Shown: positions 31,741 through 41,454 of the stretch, piece after piece
Layout of the letters: each line of letters starts with the position of its first letter
Numbering within the stretch: the stretch's first letter is position 1
DNA from: Rhodosorus marinus CCMP1338
Lineage: Eukaryota > Plantae > Rhodophyta
Length of the DNA: 64,000 bases
Direction: 5' to 3'
Assembly: GCA_029953675.1 (NCBI GenBank)
Contig: JAMWBK010000008.1
Span: 2,053,291-2,117,290 of the forward strand
The notes under the pieces: generated by a model
What the model was told of the DNA's origin: nothing
Seen by the model: the letters and a program-made list of their open reading frames with translations, nothing else
The model's database searches: none
Program-made: the position numbers and the translations under genes

Positions 31741-33801
31741 ATGATGTGGCGAGGAGCACTTGTGGCAGTATGGATGTTGGGACTCATGGGTATGTGCTCA
31801 GGCATACCTGTCGTGGACCCAACGTTGAAATTTGCTGAGAGACAGACTTGCCCACTACAAGGAATTTTTCCGGCCACCGTAGAGACAACTCTAGGGTGTA
31901 CCACGTTGGATGAGCTTCAGAACAAGCTGGTCGAAACTGTGAACAGGGTCGAATTTAATACCGGGACTCAGGTAGTTGACGATCTGGTGGACGCTGTGAT
32001 GAAGGAAGCTGTTGTCAACTTGATTGATCCGGCGAACACCAGTGCTGGCATATCAGAAGACCTCTTGGGAAGTCCCATGTGCCTCGGAGATTTTGATGGA
32101 ATCGAGATTTCAGATGAGGTGCATCTTGTTGACAGCGGCTGCGACGTGCTCCCACTTGGGGAAGAGGAGAACTGGACGATGATGGCGTTCAACCTACCCG
32201 CGATCTCTTCTATCTGCCCCAATCTACCCAAGACAGAAAGGATGTCGATGTGCTTCGCTTTTAGCTTGGATTGCAACGACTTACCCAGCGTCTCGATTGC
32301 ACTCAACAATAACTTGATTTCGTGTCTTTTGGGGAGCAAAGCTGCTCTAGCAGCCACTGGTGGTGTCAGTGGCGTACTTGCTGTAGGCGCACAGGCCTTT
32401 TTGGATAGCGTGTCGGCGGGAGTCTCATTGAGCAACACCTTTACTGCTGATAGAGAGGTTTACACTGGAAGGAACGGAGTTGAGACGTTGGCCCTCAAGG
32501 GCATATATCACGATCGACTTGAGATGGCGATTTCTCCTGATATCTTCAAACTTCCTGAGATCATCTCAATCGGCGGTCTCCTAGAAAGAGTTGTGTCAGC
32601 AGAGGGCTCCGAACAGTCGTTCACCAACAGAATCGCTGTTTTCCAACCTGGAAATGACGACATTGGACAGGATATCCTCAACAGCGCCAAAGGCCTCAAC
32701 CTCTCGGTTTTCATGCGTGGACAAATCGAGTATGCGATAGAGTTAGAGGAGATCACCAAGAACGTGCTTCCTGACATTCCTACACAAGAACTGAGCGAGT
32801 TCTCGGCGTTTGCGACGAGCTTCGAGCAGACTACTGAGTTGGGGACACGGATGCTACCAGGATTCTATCTGGGTGCAAACGCGAGTAATCCGGCACTCCA
32901 GGTCATCAAAGAACTTGGGCCGGCCATCCTCGACGCTTTAGAGGCCCCGCTGTCCTTCATGAGCATTGTTCCTGGTCTAAACCTTGACAGTGAGGTAACA
33001 GAGCTGCTTGATAATATCGATGAGTTAGACACCGACGCCCTTGAGTTCGGCCTGGCGCTGAGCACTGAGGAGGTGCAGATCATGTTTGCAGCTGCGCTGA
33101 CGTCCGCCGTAAATTTGAAGATTGAGTGTGTCTACGACTATAGCCGGGACAAGTTCAGCTGCAAGGTCCATGCGGGATCTGTCATAACGTTCCTTTCGGC
33201 AGCAGTGGAGATCATTGCAGGGAGAGCAGCTTGGATTATGCGGGAGACGTCCGACTTCTTCGAGTCAGCGGGCGAGGTGGTAGCAGCTTCCGTGGTCGAT
33301 GGCGCGGGGAGTGCCATCGCATTCAGCAACAAGACTGTACAGAGCACTGCTGCATTTTTGGAAACAGTATTTGATGAACTCTCCTCGGAGCTCCAGTCGT
33401 GGGTTACCTCGGGTGTGGTTCTTTGTGGAACAGAGATTGTTGAGGATGCGTTACAGTGCGGATCAGAGATCGTTACTGACGGCCTCGAGTGTGGATTTGA
33501 ATTGGTCACATCTGCTGCTGAATGCGGAACTGAATTTGTGACGAGCGCAGTACAATGTGGTACGGAGGTCGTCACCAGCGGAGCTCAATGTGGTTTTGAC
33601 ACGATTACAAGCGCATCCATATGCGGAGTTGAGACCATTGTCGGCTGCGTCATTAGCCTCTTCAGGGATTGTAAGAAAGCCAAGACCTGCGATGTCCCCA
33701 GAACTTGCAGCGTTCCTAAGTCCTGCAACGTACCCAAGACTTGTAACATCGAAAAAACCTGTGAAATCCCCAATTCTTGTGAGGTTCCCGTTGCTTGCTA
33801 A
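31741..33801 (+). CDS. Secreted protein (~686 aa) with C-terminal 11-aa and 6-aa cysteine repeats
   Basis: Long intact ORF with signal peptide MMWRGALVAVWMLGLMGMCSG; about seven CG[TSF]ExVTxAxx units then about seven [VI]PK[TS]Cx units. Confidence 0.85.
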   Translation: MMWRGALVAVWMLGLMGMCSGIPVVDPTLKFAERQTCPLQGIFPATVETTLGCTTLDELQNKLVETVNRVEFNTGTQVVDDLVDAVMKEAVVNLIDPANTSAGISEDLLGSPMCLGDFDGIEISDEVHLVDSGCDVLPLGEEENWTMMAFNLPAISSICPNLPKTERMSMCFAFSLDCNDLPSVSIALNNNLISCLLGSKAALAATGGVSGVLAVGAQAFLDSVSAGVSLSNTFTADREVYTGRNGVETLALKGIYHDRLEMAISPDIFKLPEIISIGGLLERVVSAEGSEQSFTNRIAVFQPGNDDIGQDILNSAKGLNLSVFMRGQIEYAIELEEITKNVLPDIPTQELSEFSAFATSFEQTTELGTRMLPGFYLGANASNPALQVIKELGPAILDALEAPLSFMSIVPGLNLDSEVTELLDNIDELDTDALEFGLALSTEEVQIMFAAALTSAVNLKIECVYDYSRDKFSCKVHAGSVITFLSAAVEIIAGRAAWIMRETSDFFESAGEVVAASVVDGAGSAIAFSNKTVQSTAAFLETVFDELSSELQSWVTSGVVLCGTEIVEDALQCGSEIVTDGLECGFELVTSAAECGTEFVTSAVQCGTEVVTSGAQCGFDTITSASICGVETIVGCVISLFRDCKKAKTCDVPRTCSVPKSCNVPKTCNIEKTCEIPNSCEVPVAC

Positions 33802-34012
33802 GCATAGCCTTGAATCCGCCTCCCCTTGGGGCAAAACATATCATGTCCTGTAGCTGATTCCATCGGAAATAAACAGTCGATCTTGATTCTAAGAGCAAGT
33901 GCCAATCCAACCTCCTTCCCCTCATGTGGTTGATGGTTTTTACTAGCATAGCCTGATTCCCTGGTGCGCCGGATGCGATGTAGTGCGACTAGACACCATT
34001 CGTTGGGGGACA

Positions 34013-34412
34013 TGCCCTGTGGCAAGCGCCCATATCACGGCTGCCGCCCCCCGCCGGGGAGCAGCTGCTTCTGCCCTTCGCCGAGTGAAGGAACGACGGT
34101 ACGCTGAGAGTATGTCCAGTCTGCCTCGCGCTGAGGGTCGCTCCCATCGGTTCCAGCCTTTCATTGTGGAAAGCTTTGGTCAAGTGGAGAAGTCGGGTCT
34201 GAAGTGGTTGCGGAAATCCTTTACTGAGCACCCTGTTGAATACTTGGAACTTTTGCGGCGTTTAAGTGCCTCTCTGTGGAGATATTCGAGCAGCATACTT
34301 GCCGAGGCGCGCCATAGGCGCCAGGGTTTGCACGCTTCCTTACCTTGTTCTTAGTTCCCTTTCACGCCTTGCGTAGCGCTTCAGGCTATGCTAATAAACC
34401 CAATAAAGACCA
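34013..34412 (+). mobile_element. Family A' short 5'-truncated copy
   Basis: TCPVASAH...RRQGLHASLPCS*, then the 3'UTR core and a taataaacccaataaagacc tail. Confidence 0.88.
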
Positions 34413-34659
34413 GTGAGGGATACTCCAAGACAATTAAAAGAGGGAGTCACATACACGAAAGATTGTTTGCTCACGCCTTCTGTTCCAAGAGCTAAAATAA
34501 GAGGAAGAGATACACGTGGTAGTGGTGGTTTACGTACATACACTTAGGCGCTACGCAGGATGAATTGCGAATCAGCAGCCTACTAGGGAACAAAAAGTAT
34601 GCACGCCTTGGCAGAGGGTAGGACGCTTCCGTAGAAGACTGCCTCAAACTTTACAATAT

Positions 34660-34945
34660 GCGGGGGCTTTGTCTTCCTCGGGCATTCGTGCTTCTGCTCT
34701 AGCTCATTGCCTGGCACCTCTGGTCATTGAATGTTTGGGTTTCTGGGTTCTGTTGGTTCTCGTTGGCTTCTGGAGGTGTTCCGCGAACGCCCTGACCGTA
34801 TCTCCTCGTTGTTTACCCGTTTAGATTTCTTGCTGTGGTGTATGGACGCTGTTTTGATATTTGCAGGGGCGCGAATCCTCGACGCGCTTATTTTTTTTTT
34901 TTTCTCTAGGGGTCTTTTCTTCAGCCTCCAATTGAACGAATTCCT
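34660..34945 (+). mobile_element. Degenerate family C 3' fragment
   Basis: GFLGSVGSRWLLEVFRERPDR translation and a T-rich 3'UTR. Confidence 0.75.
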
Positions 34946-36556
34946 TCACACCTCAATACAGGTAATTCCATCGTCATGCGCATTTCAATAAAAATGCGAT
35001 TGCCATCCGCCGTTGTCCGTACACAACGTTCTCCAAAAAAAAAAAAAAAGGTTGCGGAAAAAGGTGGCCGTTCAACCAAACCCAAAACCGTTGGGGAAAA
35101 AAGGCCGTTCCAAAAAGAATTAGAATGTGTAGGTGCGTGAGAAACCTAAATGGGTTATAAAATATATGAATTCATATATATATGTATTGCTTTTCGAGAT
35201 AATAAATGATATCGTCCGAATTTTATTTTCAGACGGTCCGCAGTCGCAATAAATTGCAATATATTAATTCATTAGTGCAAGAAAAGCCTCTCGCTCTTAA
35301 AGGGATAGCCAACGACGCCTCCGGAGTGCGTGGTTAGGTGCCTTTGGGGGGGAGGACGAGGAAGCAGATCAGCGTCGAACTACGAGGAAAAGAGGTGGGA
35401 CAAACGTTCTCGCTCAAGTAAAGTTTTCTATAAAATTTTGAGGAGGATCTTACTACACAGAAGTCTCGGTTATGTTTTTTGGGACGCCATGAGCACTTGC
35501 AAGCAGCCACTAGGCAAGCCCCTCCTCCACTCTCCCCTCCCAATCCGCTCCAAATCCGAAGGGGGGGGGGGAGACACCGATTTAGTGTTGTACTCGCTCG
35601 AGAATTTTACAGTTTTTTTCATTTCTATCACTCTTTGCGTTTTTAAACACTTTTTAACACTTTTTATCGCTGTGCATCTAATGTCGACTGACTCTGGAAT
35701 CATCCATTTACGTAGACCGCATCCAAAAACACACTCCAAGAGCCTGTTCAGAATAGATAAAAAGACATGCAGAGGTTCCCAAGAGCGCGGGAAGTTCACA
35801 TAGATTGTGTTATTGGTAATCATTGTCCTCAGACTCCCACGAGCTCCCAACCCAATATAGACAGTGGTTTCTGAGCTTTCTTAAAGCATTTTGCTCGGTC
35901 CATAGTGTTTTACGCTTTTTACACTTCTTACACTTTTTTACAATTGTTTTGCCCTTTTTTGCTTTTTTTGCGCTGGTTTTTTTTTTTGTGGTACCCCTGC
36001 ATGTGGGTGTACCGGCCAATTAATCCAAATGGTATTCCTAGTAAGAGCGCTTTATGGGAAAGCCGGCGAAGGATTTAATGCAACATTGTAGAATATTATT
36101 CTGACAGAGCCATATAGAATTAGCAACTTGTCAAAATGCCTTTAGTTCTGGTCGTTACCCAGGAGTGGTTGTCTCGAGCTCCATGGAGGCTCGCTCTACT
36201 TTCCGTAGAAGGCTGTTGAAGCTTGCCGATTCCATATCTTCCAGATCCTATGGATTGGGGTGTGCCCCGCCCGTGATTTCAGAAGTGATCATGAATGCAG
36301 GACACAGGACGAGAGGAGCTGCTTGGCTTGCGCCAAGAAGTAATCATGATTCAATGGCTTGTCCGGAGATGATTGATTTTTGACTAATGTTGATTGATTA
36401 TTGGACGATTTATCGGAGACCGTCATCGGAACCAACGGACCTCTGTTCTTGAAAACTTATCAGACGGTCCATGGCGAGCCCTAAAAAACTTCATCCAGTA
36501 TAAGGGGGGTTTGCAGAGGTGAGAGGCGGTTGTTGTTTAGTTTTCTTCACTATCAC

Positions 36557-36669
36557 TAGGGTTGTGCCAAGTGGGTCGGGTTTTTCGCTGCTAACGACCG
36601 AGATGTGGTTAAACAGGAGGGTTTAGAGGGGTAAACAGCGAAAAACCCATCCCCCTGGGCACAACCCTA
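36557..36669. mobile_element. 113-bp MITE-like element with 34-bp terminal inverted repeats
   Basis: tagggttgtgcc...gggtttttcgctg and its reverse complement (30/34 match); flanks ctatcac and ctgtcac. Confidence 0.65.
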
Positions 36670-36791
36670 CTGTCACCACTCACACCCCTCGTCAGACCCT
36701 AGCTCAGTCTCATCACCACTCTTCAAAAACGTCAACAGCAGGGGGGTGGGAAACAAAATCCTTGAGATAGCAATACTGTAGTCAGGACCCA

Positions 36792-38625
36792 GTTGAGTAA
36801 ATGAATGAATTTATTTAATTTAGATTGACGATCGTATTTTACAGTGTATTGGTGAGGTGTACAAATTGATTGTTTTGCCAAATGAAAATTAAAGAAAGAA
36901 AGAACTTGTTTAGAGAATGATTTTGTGGAGAGGATGTCCGGGCTTTCTCCAGTGCTCGTTGTTGCTGTTTCGGTATTGTTGCAGTCAGCGGTTAACCTAT
37001 TGGCTTCGCTCACTTCCAACTCATTGGGGCCGGTGGTTGGCCACTCGTGCGGATGCTGAAAGTTTCCGTGACCTGGGGTATTTTCTCGATGAAGAGCTGA
37101 GCGCTCTGCCGCGACCCACCTGTGATGTTGTGCGCGCCCAGGTAGGCCTCCCATTGCGATTGGGGGGACTGGGCCTCTGAAATCGTGTTGTGGTCCAACC
37201 TGCAGCCGCAGTAGGGGCCTGGGGAACCGCACTTCCCACTTTGAGCAGCTTGGGTATCTCGAAGTTCCGCAATTTGATGGCGAGCCTCTCGCGGGGTGTC
37301 TTGCTTCCCAGCGTACCGGAAAGCGCCCAAGACTTGTTTCTGGAGCTCCAAACCGCCCTGAATTCCTGTACTAGTCTCCCCGAAACCGTTCAACCCCGTC
37401 TTCCTGACTGGCGAGCTGTATTTGACCGCTCTCGAGGCTCCGCCCCGGGGATTCGTCCTGCGCCTGAACCTGTTCTAGGGAGATTGACCCAGTGGTTGCC
37501 GCAGAAGAAGAAGTTCCAGTTGATCCTCCTGATGATTCCCAGCGCGCTGGGAGCCGAGCTCAAGCACGCACGGATGCGCTGCAAAATATCCTTTCTTGGG
37601 ACTTGCACCGTGCTGCATATGGCCGACTCCTCGCACAGATGGTCTCATCTTCTCGCGCTCGCGCCCGCCTACGTAGTCTTGGAGGGGTTATTAGCTCTCA
37701 GTGGCTCATGACCGTACCAGCCTTTCCGCCACTCACACTGTCGGATTTCGAAGTGCGTACTTCACTGCGCTTATACCTCGGCTTACATCAGCCCCCTTGG
37801 CCGTACGAGATGGGTTCGTCGTGCCCTCTCTGCTCTCAGACTGAAGACAACGCAGATTTTAGCGCCCACCTGCTCGCTAGTTGCCCGGCGGTGAAAGGTG
37901 CTCGAACCCGCCGCCACACACGGATCTTGAACCTGTTATACCGGGAACTTCGGCCTATAGTCCGGCAAGCCGGTCTGGAAATCGAACGTGAGAAACCTTT
38001 ACCCGTTGCGGACTTTCAAAATGATGAACGCCGTGTAGCCGACCTGGTGATCACCTGTGACGACAGCCGCCCTACCACATACGTTGATCTTGCTGTTCCT
38101 AACCCTCAAGCTAGTCGTCATCTCCCGGCTGCGGGGGAGCGCCGTGGATCTGCCGCCGCCAGCATGAGACGCCGCAAAGAGATCAAATACGCGGGGGCTT
38201 TGTCTTCCCCTGGTGTTCGTGCTTCGGCACTAGCACATCGCTTGGTACCCCTGATCATTGAGTGCTTTGGGTTCATGGACTCTGTTGGTTCTCGCTGGCT
38301 TCGGGAGTTGTTCCGCGAACGCCCTGACCGTCGTCAATCGTTGTTTACCCGCTTAAGTTTCCTGCTGTGGCGCATGAATGCCGCTTTGATGTTGGAGGCG
38401 CGAGTACTTCGCCGCGCTTAGTCTTTTTTTCCCCTCGGGGTTTTTTTTTTCAGCCTCCGATTAAAACCATTCGTTCGTTCGTTGAGTAAATGAATGAATT
38501 TGTTTAATTTAGATTGACGATCGTATTTTACAGTGTATTGGTGAGGTGTACAAATTGATTGTTTTGCCAAATGAAAATTAAAGAAAGAAAGAACTTGTTT
38601 AGAGAATGATTTTGTGGAGAGGATG
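36792..38625 (+). repeat. 145-bp direct repeat (36792-36936 and 38481-38625)
   Basis: Identical except for one substitution; the copies exactly flank the family C insertion. Confidence 0.92.
36937..38480 (+). mobile_element. Family C 5'-truncated copy (RT thumb to RLE; ORF 37492-38421)
   Basis: LLLFRYCCSQRLTYWLRSLP...LPLRLGGLGL, zinc knuckle, RLE and tail. Flanked by a 145-bp direct repeat. Confidence 0.9.
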
Positions 38626-38983
38626 AAAGAGCATGGCAAGAAGGGGTGAATGTACGAGTTGGAGCACTGTACATTGAAAGTTGTGTTGTGTTCTTCGCCG
38701 CACTTAGTCTTTTTTTCCCCTCGCGGTTTTTTCTTTCAGCCTCCGATTAAACCGTTCGTCGTACATTGAAAGTTGTGAAAGTGGAGATTGATTTTTGACG
38801 TTTTTCGTGCAAAAAAAAGGAGGGCAAACATATTGTCCAAAAACCGTTGGACGTGCTGCTACTCCTTCGAAGCGTACTTGCGGAGGCTCATTCTCCTGAA
38901 AAAATCCAAGCGAGGGAGCTTTATAGTGATGATGTGTAAAGGGTATTACCCTGGAGCTGGCGCTGTCGGTGGTGGTGGGGAGT

Positions 38984-40432
38984 ATGTTGGAGAGGTGGAG
39001 AGGCCATCTGTTGAACCGGGAGCGAGGGGTTTGGGTTTGTTCTCTGTTCTTGCTTGGTATCATCAGTGTTGTATCAGTCTGTAGGACGTATTTACATCCC
39101 TGAACCGGTGGAATACCGCAACCGGAGGAATACTGCCAAGGTCGTGGTCAAGAGGGGCGAGCCGGAGGGCACTTAGTCATATGTCAAGACGAGATGGTGG
39201 CGGATGAGATGGGATGTTCCGAAAATTCTTCTCTTTTTTTGGTCGGCCACGCCATTCTCAAGGGAGCACATGGCGAGGAGCTCAGGGCAGAGATCACTCC
39301 AGACGATACATGCGAGCTCAGAGTCACCGATGGACCCGACGTTCCGGTATGTGAGCTTCCGGTTATGTGCGGCTGCGATCCTATCGGATTTTGCTTGCTA
39401 GACACTGCAAGCGAGCCGATTTGCATCTCCAAGGAAGAATACTTGCCATTGGGAAATTGTCTCGGCGATATCGTGGTGAGGACGCTTGCCCACCCCCTAG
39501 CCTTAATTCGGCTACACTACTCCTCGAACCGCGTTCTGAACGCGATTGCTGCCTTAACGATTTTTCCTGACAGATGCCGGACCCAGATACACAATTTTGC
39601 ACCTGTGGTTGCGCGGCTGGCGAGGGAAACTGTCTCCACAACGGGGAATGCATTAAGCCGGACTTTACTGGACTTTACTAGCATAGCCTGAAGCGCTACG
39701 CAAGGCGTGAAGATGAACTAATAACTAGGGAGGGAAGCATACAACCCCAGGCGCCGGACTTTACTAGCATAGCCTGAAGCGCTACGCAAGGCGTGAAGAT
39801 GAACTAATAACTAGGGAGGGAAGCATGCAACCCCAGGCGCCGATGGCGCGCCTCGGAAAGCATGTCTTGCTATGCATTAAGCTTGCAGTGTACGGAAACA
39901 AAAACTGTCTGGCGGTGAGTAGCTACCTGTATTGATTACGGGGACTGGGAGTGGGTAAAATCGTGACTGATCTCTCGTGAACTCTCCCTTACCTCGCTCG
40001 AACTGCGCCAGTACTGCGCAGTGGGTCGTGCACACTGGAGGTCCTGGAGACGACATCATATTTGGTTCGGACGGGCCTGACCTAATCTACGCGTACGAGG
40101 GCAACGACACTATTTATGGTTTGGGTGGAGATGACGAGATATTCGGTGGTGCAGGTGATGACTTAATATTTGGGGGCCAAGGTAACGACTTTATCGAAGG
40201 CGAAGATGGTATTGACTCGATCTACGGCGAAGCTGGTAATGACGAGATTTTTGGCGGCGACAGGGATGACGAAAATTTTGGCGGCGCTGGGGATGACACA
40301 ATTACGGGCGGTAATGGGGTGGACTATATTCTTGGCGGCGAAGGTGATGACATTATTCATTCTAATATGCTATGTGATGACATTTATGCCAATACTCGTG
40401 ATGCCATGCTTAATGGCAGTACTGGGGATTAA
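38984..40432 (+). pseudogene. Spliced gene for a secreted Cys-rich protein with RTX/hemolysin-type Ca-binding repeats, disrupted
   Basis: Hydrophobic N-terminal segment then an in-frame TGA at 39101. Introns at about 39476-39571 and 39916-40021. About ten GGxGxD nonapeptides. Retroelement insertion in exon 2. Confidence 0.65.
39659..39871 (-). mobile_element. Two tandem tiny family A 3' ends
   Basis: Two 3'UTR-plus-tail units flanked by the 11-bp duplication atgcattaagc (39648-39658 and 39872-39882). Confidence 0.9.
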
Positions 40433-40639
40433 GCAATGCTTCGTTGAGATGCCACCGACTTTCTGGATGATGACACGTTTGTGGATAATGGTGCTTAGTA
40501 AAGCGATCTTTCTGCTAGCTGGAATATGACCACCCAATGGACTATCGTGAAATAAAACTCGAAATCTTCACGGGTGCTGATCTAATATAAAAAATTGCTG
40601 TTGTGGGAAAAAATCGGGATTCACATGCCCCACCCTCCG

Positions 40640-41400
40640 GGGTAGATGCTCGCCTTTGCCCTGTACCTTGGCCCTGTTCCGGAGCTTGAGCGGTAATCCG
40701 AGCTCCAAGTGCTTCCCCGTGATTCCGGCCTACCCGCGACTAGCGGACTTCGAGCTGCGAGTGGGAATACGTCTATATCTGGGTCTCCCCCCGCTTACCT
40801 GTCGAGCGGGAGGCACCGTATCGTGTTTTCGGTGGCATTGTGGCATCCAGCGATTTTGGTGCCCGTCTGTTGGCGTCCTGTGCGATGGGCAAGGCGGCCG
40901 TACTCGTCGCCTACGAACGCGACCAGCTTTTATTTCAATATCTAAGGTTACATGCGTTTGGTACGGAATGCGAGGTGGACGAAGAGGTTCCTTTGCCTGT
41001 TGCTCGGGCGCTTGATGATAATGATGAAACACCTGCCACCCAGCGTATGGCGGATTTGGTGGCCACTGACCTGGCTACTCGCTGGAGCGAGTGTCTTGAT
41101 TTTTCTGTTCCTTGAACTCAGACTGCCCAATTTTTCCAACGCTTGCACAACATCTTGGTGCGGCCACTGGTTCAATGCACCGACTCAACGAGTTTCAGTA
41201 CACTGACGCGCTGAATCATCCAACTTTTCAGGACTTGGCACTGTCTCATCGGTTTGCACCGCAGGTCATCAAATGCTTCGATCTCTTAGACATTGTTGCA
41301 TCTCGCTGACTCCGTCGTGTTCACCACAATGCCCTCGGCGTGTTGACAGCCTCCTCACGGAGCTTTTCCTTCGCTGTCGCGTGCGTATACAGTTCTTCCA
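40640..41400 (+). mobile_element. Decayed RLE retrotransposon fragment from a further C-related family
   Basis: LADFELRVGIRLYLGLP, DFGARLLASC and QRMADLVATD...LDFSVP. Confidence 0.65.
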
Positions 41401-41454
41401 CAGTGGGAGACACTACTGAACTATTCTTTCCTTCACGACTGTATCACAATATGG

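Noticed and set aside
39101-39103. In-frame TGA as selenocysteine or programmed readthrough
   Set aside because: No SECIS is recognisable and the gene is also broken by an exonic insertion, so a nonsense mutation is simpler.
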